Positions 34,490-47,835 of a stretch of DNA of 64,000 bases are shown here, piece by piece (within the stretch, counting starts at the first letter, position 1; each line of letters starts with the position of its first letter). The position numbers were made by a program, and so were the translations under genes. The notes under the pieces are model-generated. The model saw nothing but the letters and a program-made list of their open reading frames with translations. It had not been told where the DNA came from and made no database searches. This DNA comes from Blasia pusilla (lineage: Eukaryota): assembly GCA_050084515.1 (NCBI GenBank), contig CM114271.1:8680001-8744000 (forward strand), given 5' to 3'.

Positions 34490-37280
34490 ATTTTGTCACA
34501 ACATGGAATTGAGTGTCAGGGTTTCCAAAAAAAATTAAAAAATCTTCAAATGCCCAACTAGAAAGGGAATAAAAAGTCCAAAACACTAAATATGGTCTCC
34601 CAATTTGAAATTGAACATGAAATATTATATAGAAGATCCATACCGTCCAACATCAAGAGGGACTTTGCAACCCCACGTCCTTCATGTTTCAGCTCCATCC
34701 AACCGTGGAAACTCAAGATGCTTCACTACAAAGGTCACAATTGAAAAAAGATTTGGAACATAACCTGTAGATTACCAATCATCCTCTTTGTTCTTCATTT
34801 TCAAGCCCTCCTCTTCATAACAAAATGCCTAAATCATGAATGCTTTTCACAACATGCACTTTAGCGTCAATATCCCAGTGGAAAGATAAAATCTCCAAAT
34901 GATCATCCATAGAGGGAATTTAAAATCCAAAACCCTAAATATGGTCTCCCAATTTTAAAGTGAACATGAAGTATGATTTGGAAGATCCATACCATCCAAC
35001 AACGAGAGGGCCTTTGCAATCCCAAATCCCTCATGTTTTAGCTCCATCCATCGGTGGGAACTCAAGTTGTTTCAATACGAAGGTCAAAATCCCAAAAGGA
35101 CTTGGAAAGAGGTCATTCCCAACCCTACAACCCTCATGTTTCACCTCAATCCAACAGCAGGAGCTTCGGGTATGTGGGTAAGACGACCAAAATTCAAAGA
35201 AGACTTTGAACAATACTTGTTCATCACTCATCTTCCTCTTTCTTCAACAATTTTTGGGCCCCCTCTTCTTCCTGTGGCCCATAAATCATGAATTTTTTCA
35301 CAACATTAACTGTATGAGATCCCAATGGAGAAATAAAATCTTCAAAGGACCACACTTAGATTGAATAAAAAATCAAATATGCTAAATATGGTTTCTTAAT
35401 TTTAAATTGAATATGGAGGTAGATATAAAAAATACACACCGTCCAAGGGCAAGAGGACACCCCCAAACCCATGTCCTTCATGTTTCACATCAATCCAACG
35501 GTGGGAGCTCTAGGTATGCGGGTAAGATGACAAAAATTCAAATAAGATCAGGAATATTACTCATGCATCACTCATCTTCCTTTTTCTTCAACATTTTCTG
35601 ACCCTCCTATTCTTTCTAAGATCCATAAGTCATGAAACTTTGTCACAACATGAAATTCAGTGTCAAAATTCCAATGGAAAAAGAAAATCTCCAAATGATC
35701 ACACAAAGAGGGAATTAAAAATCAAAATCCCTAAATGTGGTTGATGAATTTTAAATTGAACATGGAGGTGAATATCAAAGATCCACACCGTCCAAGGGTA
35801 AGAGGGAATCCCCAACCCCATATCCCTCATGTTTCACCTCAATCCAATGGTGGGAGCTTCCGGTGTGTGGTTAGGACGACCAAAATTCAAAGAAGACGTG
35901 GAACATTACTTGTACATCACTCATCTTCTTCTTTCTTCAACAATTTTTTGCCCTCCTATGGTCCATAAATCATGAAATTTTTTCCAAACATGCAATTCAG
36001 TGTCAAGATCCCAATGGAGAAAGTAGATCTTCAAACGACCACACATAGATTGAATAAAAAAAAAGCAAAATCTGGTTTCTTAATTTTAAATTGAATATGG
36101 AGGTAGATATCAAACTCCACACCATCCAAGGGCAAGAGGACACCCCCAACCCCACATCTCTCATGTTTCACGTCAAACCAACGGCGGAAGCTCCAATTAC
36201 CTGGATAAGACGACAAAAATTCAAAGAAGACTTGGAATATTACTCGTGCATCACTCATCTTCCTCCTAAGGTCCATAAATCATAAAACTTTGTCATAATA
36301 TTAAATTGAGTGTCAAAAATCCAATGGGAAAAAGAAAATCTCCAAACGGCCACACATAGAAGAAATTAAAAATCAAAAGCCCTAAATGTTGTTTATGAAT
36401 TTTAAATTGAACATGGAGGTGGATATTAAAAATCCACTCCATCTGAGGATAAGAGGGAATCCCGAACCCCACGTCCCTCATGTTTCACTTCAATCCAATT
36501 GTGGGAACTCTGGGTGCGTGGGTAAGACGACCAAAATTCAAAGAAGACTTGGTATATTACTCGTACATCACTCATCTTCCTCCTAAGGCCCATAAATCAT
36601 GAAACTTTGTCACAACATCTCCAAACGACTACACATAGAGGGAATTAAAAATCAAAAACCCTAAATTAGGTTTCTGAATTTTAAATTGAATGTAGAGGTG
36701 GATATAAAAGAACCACACCGTCCAAGGGCAAGAGGGCATTCCCAACCCCACATCTCTCATGTTTCAGGTCAATCCAACGGTGGGAGCTCTAACAGCGTCG
36801 ATAAGACAACCAAATTTCAAAGAAGACTTGGAACATTACATGTAGATTACTCCCCGTTGTCTATCTTCTTCATATTTTGGCCTTCCTCTTCCTCCTAAAG
36901 CCCATAAATCATGAAAATTTGTTATATCATGCCCCTATGTGTCAAAACCCAATGGAAAAAGAAAATCTCCAAACAACCTCATAGAGAGGGAATTAAAAAT
37001 TGAAAACACTAAATGCGGTTTCGAAATTTTTAATTGAACATGAAGGATATCAAGGATCCACATTGTCCAAGGGCAAGAGGGCATTCCCAACCCCATTTCC
37101 GTGATTTTTTAGCTCCATCCAACGGTGGAAACGAATGATGCTAGAGTAAAAACAAAAAAATTCAAAGAACTCTTGGAACGCTCTTGGTGAGTTGCTCATC
37201 TTCTTTTTTTCTTCTTCATTTTTTCGACCTCCTTTTTACCACCAAGCCCATTAATCATGAAATTTTTTCTTAACATGTGT
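34490..37280. repeat. Diverged tandem array, ~8 units of ~310-450 bp (mostly ~340)
   Basis: Recurring cacaacatg..gtgtcaa..ccaatgg and ttttaaattgaacatggagg..ccgtccaagggcaagagg at ~34496, 34848, 35297, 35643, 35985, 36293, 36610, 36923. Confidence 0.9.
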
Positions 37281-37419
37281 TTGGAAATTATAAATATAAT
37301 TGCAAACTTGAAGTGGTGCGCAATTGTCATATGGGCATTGTTCAACATCTACATTTGGCCATATATATATATGGCCACACTCAAGATGTATTATTGGAGC
37401 ATGAAATCAATAACACACG

Positions 37420-37636
37420 TAAGTCATTGTTTATGACTCACAACTACTAGGCAAGTGCACCAACTATGATTTGTCATGACTAAAGGTTATTGCTAACTAC
37501 GTGTCTCAAAAGCAGATGACTAGGTAAGTCGCACGATCCTAAATTTTATGACTAAACCATTTTAGTCATAGTTTGAGTCATTATTTCTGTTAGTCATTTA
37601 AACTTTAGTCATAAAAACCATACATTTCTTCTAGTG
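37420..37636 (-). mobile_element. CACTA (EnSpm) transposon terminus with subterminal repeats
   Basis: Ends ...TTTCTTCTAGTG (reverse complement CACTAGAAGAAA). ATGACTAA/TTAGTCAT is repeated in both orientations. Confidence 0.75.
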
Positions 37637-37708
37637 GTGAGTCCACTAAAGTTCTGATGTTCCGCTTGGTGCCTACATGGTGTTCGTTTGGTTATGAGGG
37701 TCGCGACA
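37637..37708 (-). mobile_element. Terminal fragment of the chromovirus LTR
   Basis: ..ttggttatgagggtcgcgaca matches the LTR ends at 43751 and 45315. Confidence 0.8.
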
Positions 37709-39367
37709 TGTGTCTTTTCCTGTTTCATATAGATTGGAGTACGTTAGGGCTTGGAGCGGTGCTCACCCAACATGACGATGAGGGTAAAGAGTTCGTGATG
37801 GCTTACGCTAGTCGCTCTAACAACGTTGTAGAGGCAAAGTATAGTTTGTATGAGGGTGAGTGCTTGGCCATAGTGTGGGCTATCGCACAATTCATGTGTT
37901 ACTTATTCATAAATCCCTTTTACCATCATTCCTGATCATCAATCACTTAAGTGATTGATGGAGTCCGACAAGCTTACAAGGAAGCTTGCAAGGTGGGCTT
38001 TGTTGTTGCAGGAGTATGATTTCCAGGTGGTATATAGACATGGGATGCTCAACCAAGATGCAGATGGGTTGAGCCGTAACCCATGCTTGAGTTAGCGAGA
38101 TGCGACTAGAGCTCGTTGGCATGGAGAGAGTGATGAGAAGTTGGTATCAGGATGGCACATATTAGCCTATTTGGGCTTGTTGGCTATGGAGAGCCAAATT
38201 GTTGAGACTTCGATGACGAGGTCTGACAAAGAATCCATAGAATCTAGAGGCCAGTGAGGAGGCAACAAGTGGCCGGGATATTCAAGAGGATGGAGTAGTC
38301 TTGGAGTACCTGCGTATTTGCAACATTGCTAACAAAATGGATACTAGAGAGCGGGATCGGATCCTATAGTGAGCTTGACGGTTTTGGTGGGAGGAGACAC
38401 ATGTGTTACGAGTTTGAGAGGATGGTAGAGTACGTGTAGTGCCTCACCTTTTGCAGAGAGCACGTTTGGTACAACATGCTATGAGAGTTGGATCATTTTG
38501 GAGTGAAGCGGATGTACAAATTACTCTAGATACAGTATTGGTGGCGAGGCATGCAGATTGACATTCAAAAGTTTGTTGCCATGTGCATGGTGTGTGATCG
38601 GGATCTAGGCATCATTCAATGCTCCAACTCCAGAGTTGCATCCACTATTGATTATGGGTTAAGGTTATAGATGGAGTTTGGATTTTGCACGACCTTTATC
38701 TACGATGGAGCGCCATAGTCGTTATATGTAGGTGATGGTCGAGCACTTCTCGAAGTGGATAGAGTTGGTTATATTATGTGACAACGCAAGTGAAGGAGTA
38801 GCGTATGCCTTCCTAGATCGAGTGTTGAGTCATTATGGTGCAGCAGTTGAGATGTTGACAAACCAAGATATGGAGTTTTGTGGGGAGTTTCAGTCCTTGT
38901 GTGATTAGGCACTGATTAACAACCACACCACTTCGCAAGATCATCCTGAGGCGGATAGATTAGCGGAGAGGGTTTTGCAGACGACCAAGAGATGGATGGC
39001 ATATGGCATGTCTAATGCCACTTTCACTAGGGTTCCTCGGGGACGATGGATGTGCCCCAGATGTACATAGAGTAGATAGTTATAGATTCGGACTTGTGTC
39101 TTTGATATGGATGAAAAGAAGGCGACTAACGACGGGGCCACATGAGAACCTGCCTTTTTGCTCTTATCCAGCGTCCTAGAGATGTATGTCATGGTAAGTA
39201 GGGATAGGTGGCTACATGGAGTTAGAAAGACCTAATCACAAACTAGGGGATAATTGGAGATATTTTGGTACTTGATCGTCTCGGTGTGTGGATGCCACGA
39301 GGTAGCATAGTATCTTGTGTGTGTGTTCGGTGATAACGATGTTTATTGTGTAGCGATATGTATGCAT
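37709..39367 (+). mobile_element. Gypsy-DNMT family fragment: RNaseH-integrase-PHD (internally deleted), 3' region and B repeat (39253-39367)
   Basis: HIDWSTLGLGAVL..EFVMAYASRS, RWSLDFA and HPEAD motifs. PHD tail GWHMACL..VPRGRWMCPRCT* ends at 39070. CTAGGGGATAAT is followed by the B repeat. Confidence 0.85.
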
Positions 39368-40754
39368 CTCGGGGGGGTCACTATATGAAAGGCTCTACAT
39401 CACCTACAACGTTTCAGGGTCTAGACCCCCTAACTTATAAGTGAAAAAATAATTTTTTCTCACCCTTATGTACTTTAAAGGAATCATTTTTAATTTTTGG
39501 TACCCCTAAAATTCTTTAAGTATAGCAATCACTTGAAATAAGTAAGGCCTTGAAAAAAAAGAAAAGTACCAAGTTAAGTTAACATCCAACATGTCATCCT
39601 TGGACTATGATAGATGGGGATTCAACCCCTAATTGAGCAATAAGCTCAATCAGCCAATCTATCATCCCCTAGCCTACTCTCTCCTACTAACCTACTCACA
39701 ATTCAACATTGTCAAGTACACTCTAAGCACAATCCACACAAATATTGAATCCAACATGTCTCAAATATAAAAAAGCTCACCAAAATCAACTCACACTATG
39801 AATATATGTAGTCAAAGCATATAAGTCAACTGAATCAAGTGTGTGTGTATATATATATATATATTCTATCTTGTACCCCTAATTTCATTGTCAAGTTCAC
39901 ATTAGAAATCACCATTTAAATATCAATCCATTGGACATCTATTGCATCATAATTGAACTAGCTTTTGTTGTTACCATGACCGGGAGATTTGTACCAATTA
40001 CACATTATAGGAAAAATGCTTCCCTTTTGTCCAAGAGGAGGTACATGCATGCCCATTAAGTTGGGCAATGAGTATCACACTCCTTTCCCTTGTGAGTAGT
40101 GTAATATGTCTTTTGGGCTATTCAAGTTAGCCTGTACTTTGATAGGAAAGGATTGCAAGACAATTGATTTTACAAGGGTGGATTTAGAGATCTTGCCCTC
40201 ATAAGTTACAGTATGCAATATTGCATGGGGAATCACCATAATAGTCACGTTTTCTTGACAACCACGCTCACAAAGAGTTGCGAATTTTCAAGTGTTTTTG
40301 GAGAGCTCAAAGATTAAAATATAATGGGTCACATGCTTACCTCAATCAGCCAGAAAAAAAGAGGGTGGATAACAATAAGCCGACCAATTCCAAACAATGG
40401 TGAACCAACTTCAACAATAAGCCGAAACGATGAACATACACGAACGATTCCAGAGAAGCACAGTTCGTCCGTTCTAAGTTCCAGTGTCGCAGGATATAGA
40501 TCCAATTGAAAAAAAAACCGGCCTTGAGTTGCTTCACACGTAGGTATTAGTCACCACGGATCAAAAAAAGCTTTTCAACCTATCCGCTATTCGGGAAGAA
40601 CTCGATAAAGGATTGATCGAACCTTGCTCCATCATCAAACTTGCCGGCAACTTGCTTGCAAGCTCCTCTTTCGAGTGGCGGTTAAGTTGTTTGTCTTTCC
40701 TTAAATCCAAACCCGGTTCAAGTCTACTTGGGAGAAATAGGGGGAAAATTTTCG

Positions 40755-41390
40755 TACGCATACACACCGCTACACAACATACATCACTATCACCGAACAC
40801 ACACACAAACACGCACGATCCCATGCTAACTCATGACATCCAAACAACGAGACAAGAAGTACCAAAATATTTCCAATAAAATAAGATCCAATCTCTCTCT
40901 ACACCATCTCACACCATAGCTCTCAAAGGTGTGCACTCTCTCTCATGTCAAACCAAACCCACTCTCCTAATGAGAGGCTTGGGTTACACTCACAAGGCAA
41001 GGGACTTTAGATCCGCCGCCTTATGCCAAGAGGTTCAACAAAGAGAGAATGAGCTCTCAAGCTATCTCTCCTTGAGGTATACCCCTCCCCTCTCCCACGC
41101 TCTCTCCATGTTAACCTATTCTCACAAGTCACCTCCTTGGCACTTGACCTGATGTAGGAGGTCAAGGGCCACTTACCAAAAATAGAAAGTCAATCATATA
41201 CTCAAAATGGTACATACCTAAAATAGTAAGTTACTCAATATGGCTCCAAATGAGCCGAAACGAAGGGGAAACCTGCTCTCTCAAGTTTTGCGGGGCCTCA
41301 ATAGGTCATCCTCAACCTCATAGGCCTGTCCTCCACTACTCTTGAAGACGCTCTACTAGATCTCACCGATCTATCATAAAGGACGTGACA
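40755..41390 (-). repeat. Solo A+B terminal-repeat unit of the Gypsy-DNMT family
   Basis: Minus strand starts TGTCACGTCC (A, 41390-40880, matching 54095-54355) and runs directly into B (40878-40755, matching 39253-39367). Confidence 0.7.
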
Positions 41391-41802
41391 AAATGGTTAA
41401 GGAGGGAAACCATTTTAAAAAAACTATATTTTCCCCTCTAAATTTCCGTGCAACAAATCAAAGAATTTTCTACCTAGGGAGGAAATTTATTATATAAAAT
41501 AAATTTGAAATAAATATAATGAAATTTTATGCAATAAATATTTATTATATATTTTTTATGAGTATTATCACTATCTTATGTGAACGTCTTCCATGGAAGG
41601 GCAACTAATATAAAGATCCTATTGTTCTTTTAAGAGCGCCATGGAATAAATCAAACCCTATTGTTCTTCCACAAAACTTAATAAGTCTTCCGAGGGACGC
41701 AATTAAAAAACCCCTTACTTTGTCGTACGTGATGGGGCGTATTTGTGGAAGTGAGACCCCCCGAGGTATGCGTACGAAAACTTTCACATCTTTTAGTACT
41801 AT

Positions 41803-42430
41803 GGTGCGCATACACAATGCTACACAACATACATCGCTGTCACCGAACACACACACGATCCCCTGCTAACTCATGACTTGCTCTCTTAAGTTTCGCGGGG
41901 CCTCAGTAGTTGATTCTCTCAGGTTTTGTGGGGACTCAGTAGGTGATTCTTGACCTAGTGAGCATGTCCTCCGCTACTCACGAAGACACTGTACTAGATC
42001 TCACCGATCTATCCTAAGAGACGTGATAGTATAGATCAATGAGATCTAGTAGAGCGCCTTTGAGGATATTGGAGGACAGCCTCAAGAGGCGGAGTATGAC
42101 TTGCTGAGGCCATAGGTAACGTGAGAGAGCAAGTTTCTCCCTTGTTTCGGCTCAATTGGAGTCATATTGAGAAACTTACTATTTCAAGTAAGTTACTATT
42201 TTGAGCATAGTTGACTTTCTATTTTGGGAAGTGATCCTTGACCTCCTACAATAGGCAAGAGCCAAGGAGGTGACTTGTAAGCATAGGTTATCATGGAGAG
42301 AGCATGAGAGCTCAATCTCTCTTTGTTGAACCTCTTGGCGTGAGGTAACAAAGCTATAGTCCTCCTTGCCTTGTGTGTGTAACCCAAACGTCTTATTAGG
42401 AGAGTGGGCTTGGTTTGGCATGAGAGAGTA
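41803..42430. repeat. Internally deleted A+B unit (-, 41803-42028) abutting an inverted A fragment (+, 42030-42430)
   Basis: ctagatctcaccgatctatc..cgtgata is immediately followed by its reverse-complement homolog atagatcaatgagatctagtag. Confidence 0.7.
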
Positions 42431-42529
42431 GAGTAGATTTTAGTCCACAAGAAGTAGACGTGGCTTATGGGACCCCTTCCACATATGTAAAGTTGACATC
42501 GCATCCGACGGGCACCTTCACATCTAGAT

Positions 42530-42749
42530 TTGGTTTTTGTTTTTTTTCTTTGTAAAGGCCTAGAATTTTATCCAGATTTCTAACCAGGGAGCATATTCAA
42601 GGCACACAAGGCGTTCTCTCTCGAACATGGACCATCCATGCCCTAGGTAGGGGAAGCCACTGCCTTGGGGTTGAGACCTCCCCCCACTTTCCAAGGAAGA
42701 GTTGAACCCAAGACCTCTTCAAGAGGACCTTATGTTTGTTCAGCTAATG
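42530..42749 (-). mobile_element. Possible tRNA-derived SINE remnant
   Basis: Minus-strand box-B-like GGGTTCAACTC near 42700 and an A-rich tail (T-run at 42530-42551). Confidence 0.3.
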
Positions 42750-45315
42750 TGTCGTGCGCCTACTCTCCTTGAACGTTAATCTTGTTGTTGCGGAAGCATG
42801 CGTTCAGTAGGTCACGCTCTCAACGTTGATCTGCATCCAAACGTGCACTCTGGTTAGTCGGGTCTTGGATCAATCAGCGGGCTAACTTTCCGAGTTTTCG
42901 TCTCGGTCTCTCATCAAGCTCAACCTTCCAAGTTTCGTGGTTTACAACTCGGCAAGTCTCGCAAGACTTGGGACAAACTTTATGGTCGATTTAATAACCT
43001 CAAACAGCGTTTTGCGCCTGGCGGTTCCAACTGTCCGATGGACATCCAATGAGTCCCTAACCAAGACTCTCGGGTTGGAATCCAAGTGTGGCGTACAAAG
43101 TCCACTTCCTTGGATCAGGTTTGGGTTTCGAGTTCCAACGCCAAACTCTCGTACCTTCCCATGCCTATGAGATGCTGTTTGGTGCTCAAAGTGGGGATTT
43201 GTGTTCCAAGACATCTTGGAGAGACTCCTCCCTCACTAGTACTTCTAGGGATCTTCGGAGTCCCCCTACCTTTAGGGAAAGACACCGGGCCTCTCCAAGT
43301 GGCCCTCAACCCGATTGCTCTCATTGTCATTTTCAGCCAATATCTCAATTTGTACTTATGCGTTTTTGTAATTCTTTAATGTGTTGGAAGTGTCTCAAGA
43401 TAAGCTTTCCAACGCGCCCTTACTTGTCCCAATCGCATCTTAGGGCTAAACGTTATGGTCCAAAACAAAGTCAAATTCCCCAAACGCTAGTCGTGTTCCA
43501 AAACTGGCTCTCACCTCCTTGGTAACCAACCTTCCAAGACTCAACTCATCTCAAGTCTTGGCTCGTGTCTGGTCTAGTTTTCCTGAATGCACAAAACACA
43601 CAACTCTGTTCTGTGTTTCGTCTCTTGGACTTTTCCAAGAGACCTTTCCAAACGCCTCTCTAAAGCGCAAACATCGCAGCCAAACTCCACTTGAGTTATG
43701 ATGTTCCGCTTGGTGTCTATTTGGTGTTGTTTGGTTATGAGGGTCACGACACTCATCCCTCCTTAGAAGGTTGATGTCCTCATCAACGCAAACCTTATTA
43801 ATGTTAAGTTCTGGGAAGCCAACCCCTTAACACTGAATCACGTTCTGGTAGCTAAACCGCAATTCCACTTTTGGCTTGAGTGTTAGGTTGTCGCTTGCAG
43901 AACTTAGAATTATTAGCTTCTTCACTTCAATTAGCCTAGACTAGTTCTGCAGAACTAATCTAAACTATCAAAATAAGCTAACTAAGTCTGCAACCTAACA
44001 CTTCACTCACTGTTTGTAAACAACCGCCTGCTTACCTAGCCAACTTGTACTACTTTTGGGTCACTCGTATTCTACTTAGGCGCGTCACTAAGTTCACTCA
44101 TGCAACATGAATGAGATCACCACAAACCCCAAGATAGACTAATCTGCCCCGGCGACGTTAGGGCGAGCCCAAATGCTAGTACTTCAAAACTTGGTCCTGA
44201 TCTAGATGCCTTATCTGAATACAAGCTCTCACCTCAAATACTCATTGTTTGGCCTCCTTGACTTACATCCTAAGCATATGAAGAAGTGCTTATTGCCATG
44301 CACTACCAAACTCTAAATTGCAATCACAAGCATTGAATCTCCAAATCCATGCATTCTTTATTGCAACAACTAAATATTTATAGTTACAACGGGTTATCGG
44401 CCCAAGCTTCCCGGTCACAAGTTATGTCCTTTGCTTCACCATGTACTAACGCATGTGTCTATCTTGCATCCATTTGAAGTCTCGCAATGCTTCTTGCGCG
44501 TGTTCAAGCTCCGCCTCTGCAATCCAAGTCGCCTCTTTCACATGATAGCCTTTCTACTTCACCAAGTACTCGTACTTGGTGGCTCTACATCTAGACGGCA
44601 GAATGGTCTCAATACCATCCTTCATTCCAGACGCTCATTGTCTTGAAGACACTTCTTCAATAATAACACATGAAAAGTCGGGTGAATCTTGAACTCGTTT
44701 GGCAGCTCTAATGTGTACACATCCTCAAACAACTTTGCCTTGATCACATATGGTCTAGCATACTTGGCTGACAATTTCGCGGAAAATTTCTTCTGAAGAG
44801 TGAGATTCTTTACACTCAACCACACTTGTTCCCAAACTTGGAAACTCACTTGGCGTTGACTTTTGTTAGTATGCTTCACGTACCTTAGTTGAGCCTTGGC
44901 AAGAATTTTCATCACTCACTCTTGTCGTTCCTGCATTTCCACAAACAAAAATTGTGACGTTGCTTGACGAATGTGTGCCGATGTAGCGCTCTTCGAAAGA
45001 GCCAAGTCAAGAGGCCCTTTTGGTTCTCTTTGATACGCCAGAAGAAACGGAGATTCTCCGGCTGCTGAATGCTTGGTCGAGTTGTAACAATACTCAGCCA
45101 TACTTAGCCACTTGGCCCAATCTCTCTGGTCATTACTCACGTAATTCCTTAAGTATTGGTTCACAACCAAGTTTACTATTTCCAAGAGACCTTTCCAAAT
45201 GCCTCTCCAAAGCGCAAACAGCGCAGCGTGAGTCCACTTGAGTTCTGATGTTCCACCTCATCAGAACACCAAATAGGTGCCTATTTGGTATTGTTTGGTT
45301 ATGAGGGTTGCGACA
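42750..45315 (-). mobile_element. Internally deleted chromovirus (Ty3/Gypsy): 3' LTR 42750-43751, PPT, chromodomain, integrase C-terminus, 5' LTR stub 45180-45315
   Basis: TG..CA LTR ends. PPT AAGGAGGGATGAG at 43752-43764. YEYLVK*KGYHVKEATW chromodomain ~44500-44580. KYARPY..IHPTFHV motif. TSD TAATG/TAATC. Confidence 0.9.
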
Positions 45316-45327
45316 TAATCTCTTGGT

Positions 45328-45527
<200 letters not shown>

Positions 45528-46831
45528 GCGCATGCATACATGTCGCTACACACTATACATCACTGTCATCGAACATACATACAAACACACACGATCCCAT
45601 GCTAACTCATGGCATCCATACATAGAGCCGAGAAGTACCAAAATAGCAAGTATGGCTTGCAGAGAGGTCACCTAGGAGATTGGGACCTCCAATTGCCATG
45701 GTTGGCGTAAACCCCTCTTCACCGTCTACACAACTTTCTCCTCTAATCCATCCGCCTCGAGATGATCTCGCGAAGTCGTGCGGTGATCGATCAGCGCCTG
45801 ATCACATAAGGCCTGAAACTCACCGCAAAAATCGGAACCCTGGTCTGTCAACACCTCAGCCGGTGTTGGAAGCCATAATGACTCAACACTCTGTTAAGGA
45901 AGGCATAAGCTAATTCCTCACAGGCTTTGTCAGGCAATGCAACCAACTCGATCCACTTCGAGAAGTGCTCGACCATCACCAACACATAACGACCGTGATG
46001 CTCCATCAAAGGCAAAGGTCCTACAAAATCCAAACTCCATCTATACCCTAAGCCCATGATAGGTAATGGATGAAACTGTGGAGTTGGGGCATTCAACGAT
46101 GCTCGGACCCGATCACACACCATGCACCTGGAAACAAACTACTGAACGTCACTCTGAATGCCTTGCCACCAATACTGAATCTGGATCAAGCTGTACGTCC
46201 ACTTTACCCCGAAGTGACCCAACTCCTGGTGGGCATGCTGCACTAGTCGTGCTCTGTGCAAAGGATGCGGCACTACGCGTACTCTACCATCCTCCCAAAC
46301 CCTCAAAACATGTGTCCCCTCCCAACGGAACCGTATGGCCCGCTGTAGGATCCGATCCCGCTCTCTAGCATCCACGGTGCTCGCAACGTTGCCAGTTCAA
46401 AGGTACTCCAATACTACTCCATCATCATGAATATCTCAACCACTTGTGGTCTCCTCACTGGCCTCGGGATCCAAGGACTCTCCACTAGACCTCGCCATCG
46501 AAGTCTCCACATCTAGCTCTCCATAGCCAACATGCCTAAATAGGCTGACGCATGCCATCTTGGCACTGACTCCTCATCACTCTCTCCATGCCATTGAGCT
46601 CCAGTCGCATCTCGATGACTCGGGCATGGGTTGCGGCTCAACCCATCTGCATCCTGGTTGAGCTTCCCACGTCTATGTACCATATGAAAATCATACTCCT
46701 AAAACAACAGAGTCCATCCTTGTAAGCTTTTTGGACTCCATCAACCACTTTAGTGGTTGATAATCAGTGATGATGGTAAAGGGGTTGTCGAATAAGTAAC
46801 ACATGAAATGCGCGACATCCCACACTGTAGT

Positions 46832-47835
46832 TGTCGTGTGCATACTCTCCTTGAACGTCAATCTCTAGTATTGCGGAAGCGTACGTTCAGTAGGACACGC
46901 TCTCATCATCGACCTGCACCCAAACGCACCCACATTAGTTTGGCTTTGGATCAAACGGTCTTCCAGCCCACCGAGTCTTCTACTCGGCGTCTCATCAAGC
47001 TCACCCTTCCTTACTTCCTAGGTTCCCAACATGGCAAGTCCTTCAAGACTTGGAACAGATTTTCTGGTTAGTCCAGGAACCTAAAATGGCACCTGCGCAC
47101 CTAGCGTTTCCAACAGTTCAACGGACCTCGTGCGAGTTCCTAACTGGGACCCAAGTAATTGAGTCACGGGTTGGACCCCAAGAGGGATTTCTAAAATCAC
47201 CTCAATAGATTTGGTTCAGGTTTTAAAGTCCCAACACCAAACTCCCGATCCGTTCCATGCCCTTGAGCCGCCCCGCGGCGCCCCAAAGTGGGGTTCGAGT
47301 CCCAAGCACCCTTGGAGACCTTCCGCCTCACTAGTACTTATGGGGTTCTCCAATAACCCCTCCCCTTTAGAAAAGGACGATCGGGCCCTTCATTGTGGCC
47401 CTCAACCAAACTCTACTTACAATCGTGTTCGGGTCGTTTCTTAACTGCTACTTATGCGTTTGCAAAGATCAATAGTGCGTCTGGACCAACTTTCCATAAG
47501 CTTTCCAACGCATCCTTATTCGTCTCAAACGCATCTTGGCGCTAAAATTTATGGCCATAAATACAATCAGAAACTCTCAAACGCTAGTGGTGTCCCAACT
47601 CCGGATTCCTTCCTTCGGCGACCCACTTCCTAGACTTGACTCCTCTCAAGTCTTGCTCCGCATTTGGTCCAGGTTTCTCAGTCGTGACCACAACCTACGA
47701 AACGCGAAGCCTTGCTTGCGTCTCATCTCTTGTCTCTTCTCCGAGACCACTCCAACGCGCAAACCATCTAAGCGTGAGCCCGCTAGTGTTCCGATGTTCT
47801 GCTTTGGCCCTCGTTTGGTCATGAGGGTCACAATA
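46832..47835 (-). mobile_element. Chromovirus solo LTR inserted in the RNaseH of copy C
   Basis: ~1004 bp, homologous to 42750-43751. Flanks GTAGT/GCAGC (5-bp TSD with C>T decay). Host sequence rejoins across it. Confidence 0.9.

Noticed and set aside
34960-36898. Repeated short ORFs beginning MNMEVDIK..
   Set aside because: Products of the tandem repeat unit, with variable frames and stops.
37625-37636. Helitron 3' end (CTAG)
   Set aside because: CACTA TIR plus bidirectional subterminal repeats explains it better, and there is no GC-rich terminal hairpin.
39370-40750. Possible additional element or gene fragment (similarly 31540-34480 and 54680-56650)
   Set aside because: No recognisable protein motif or paired termini; left unannotated.
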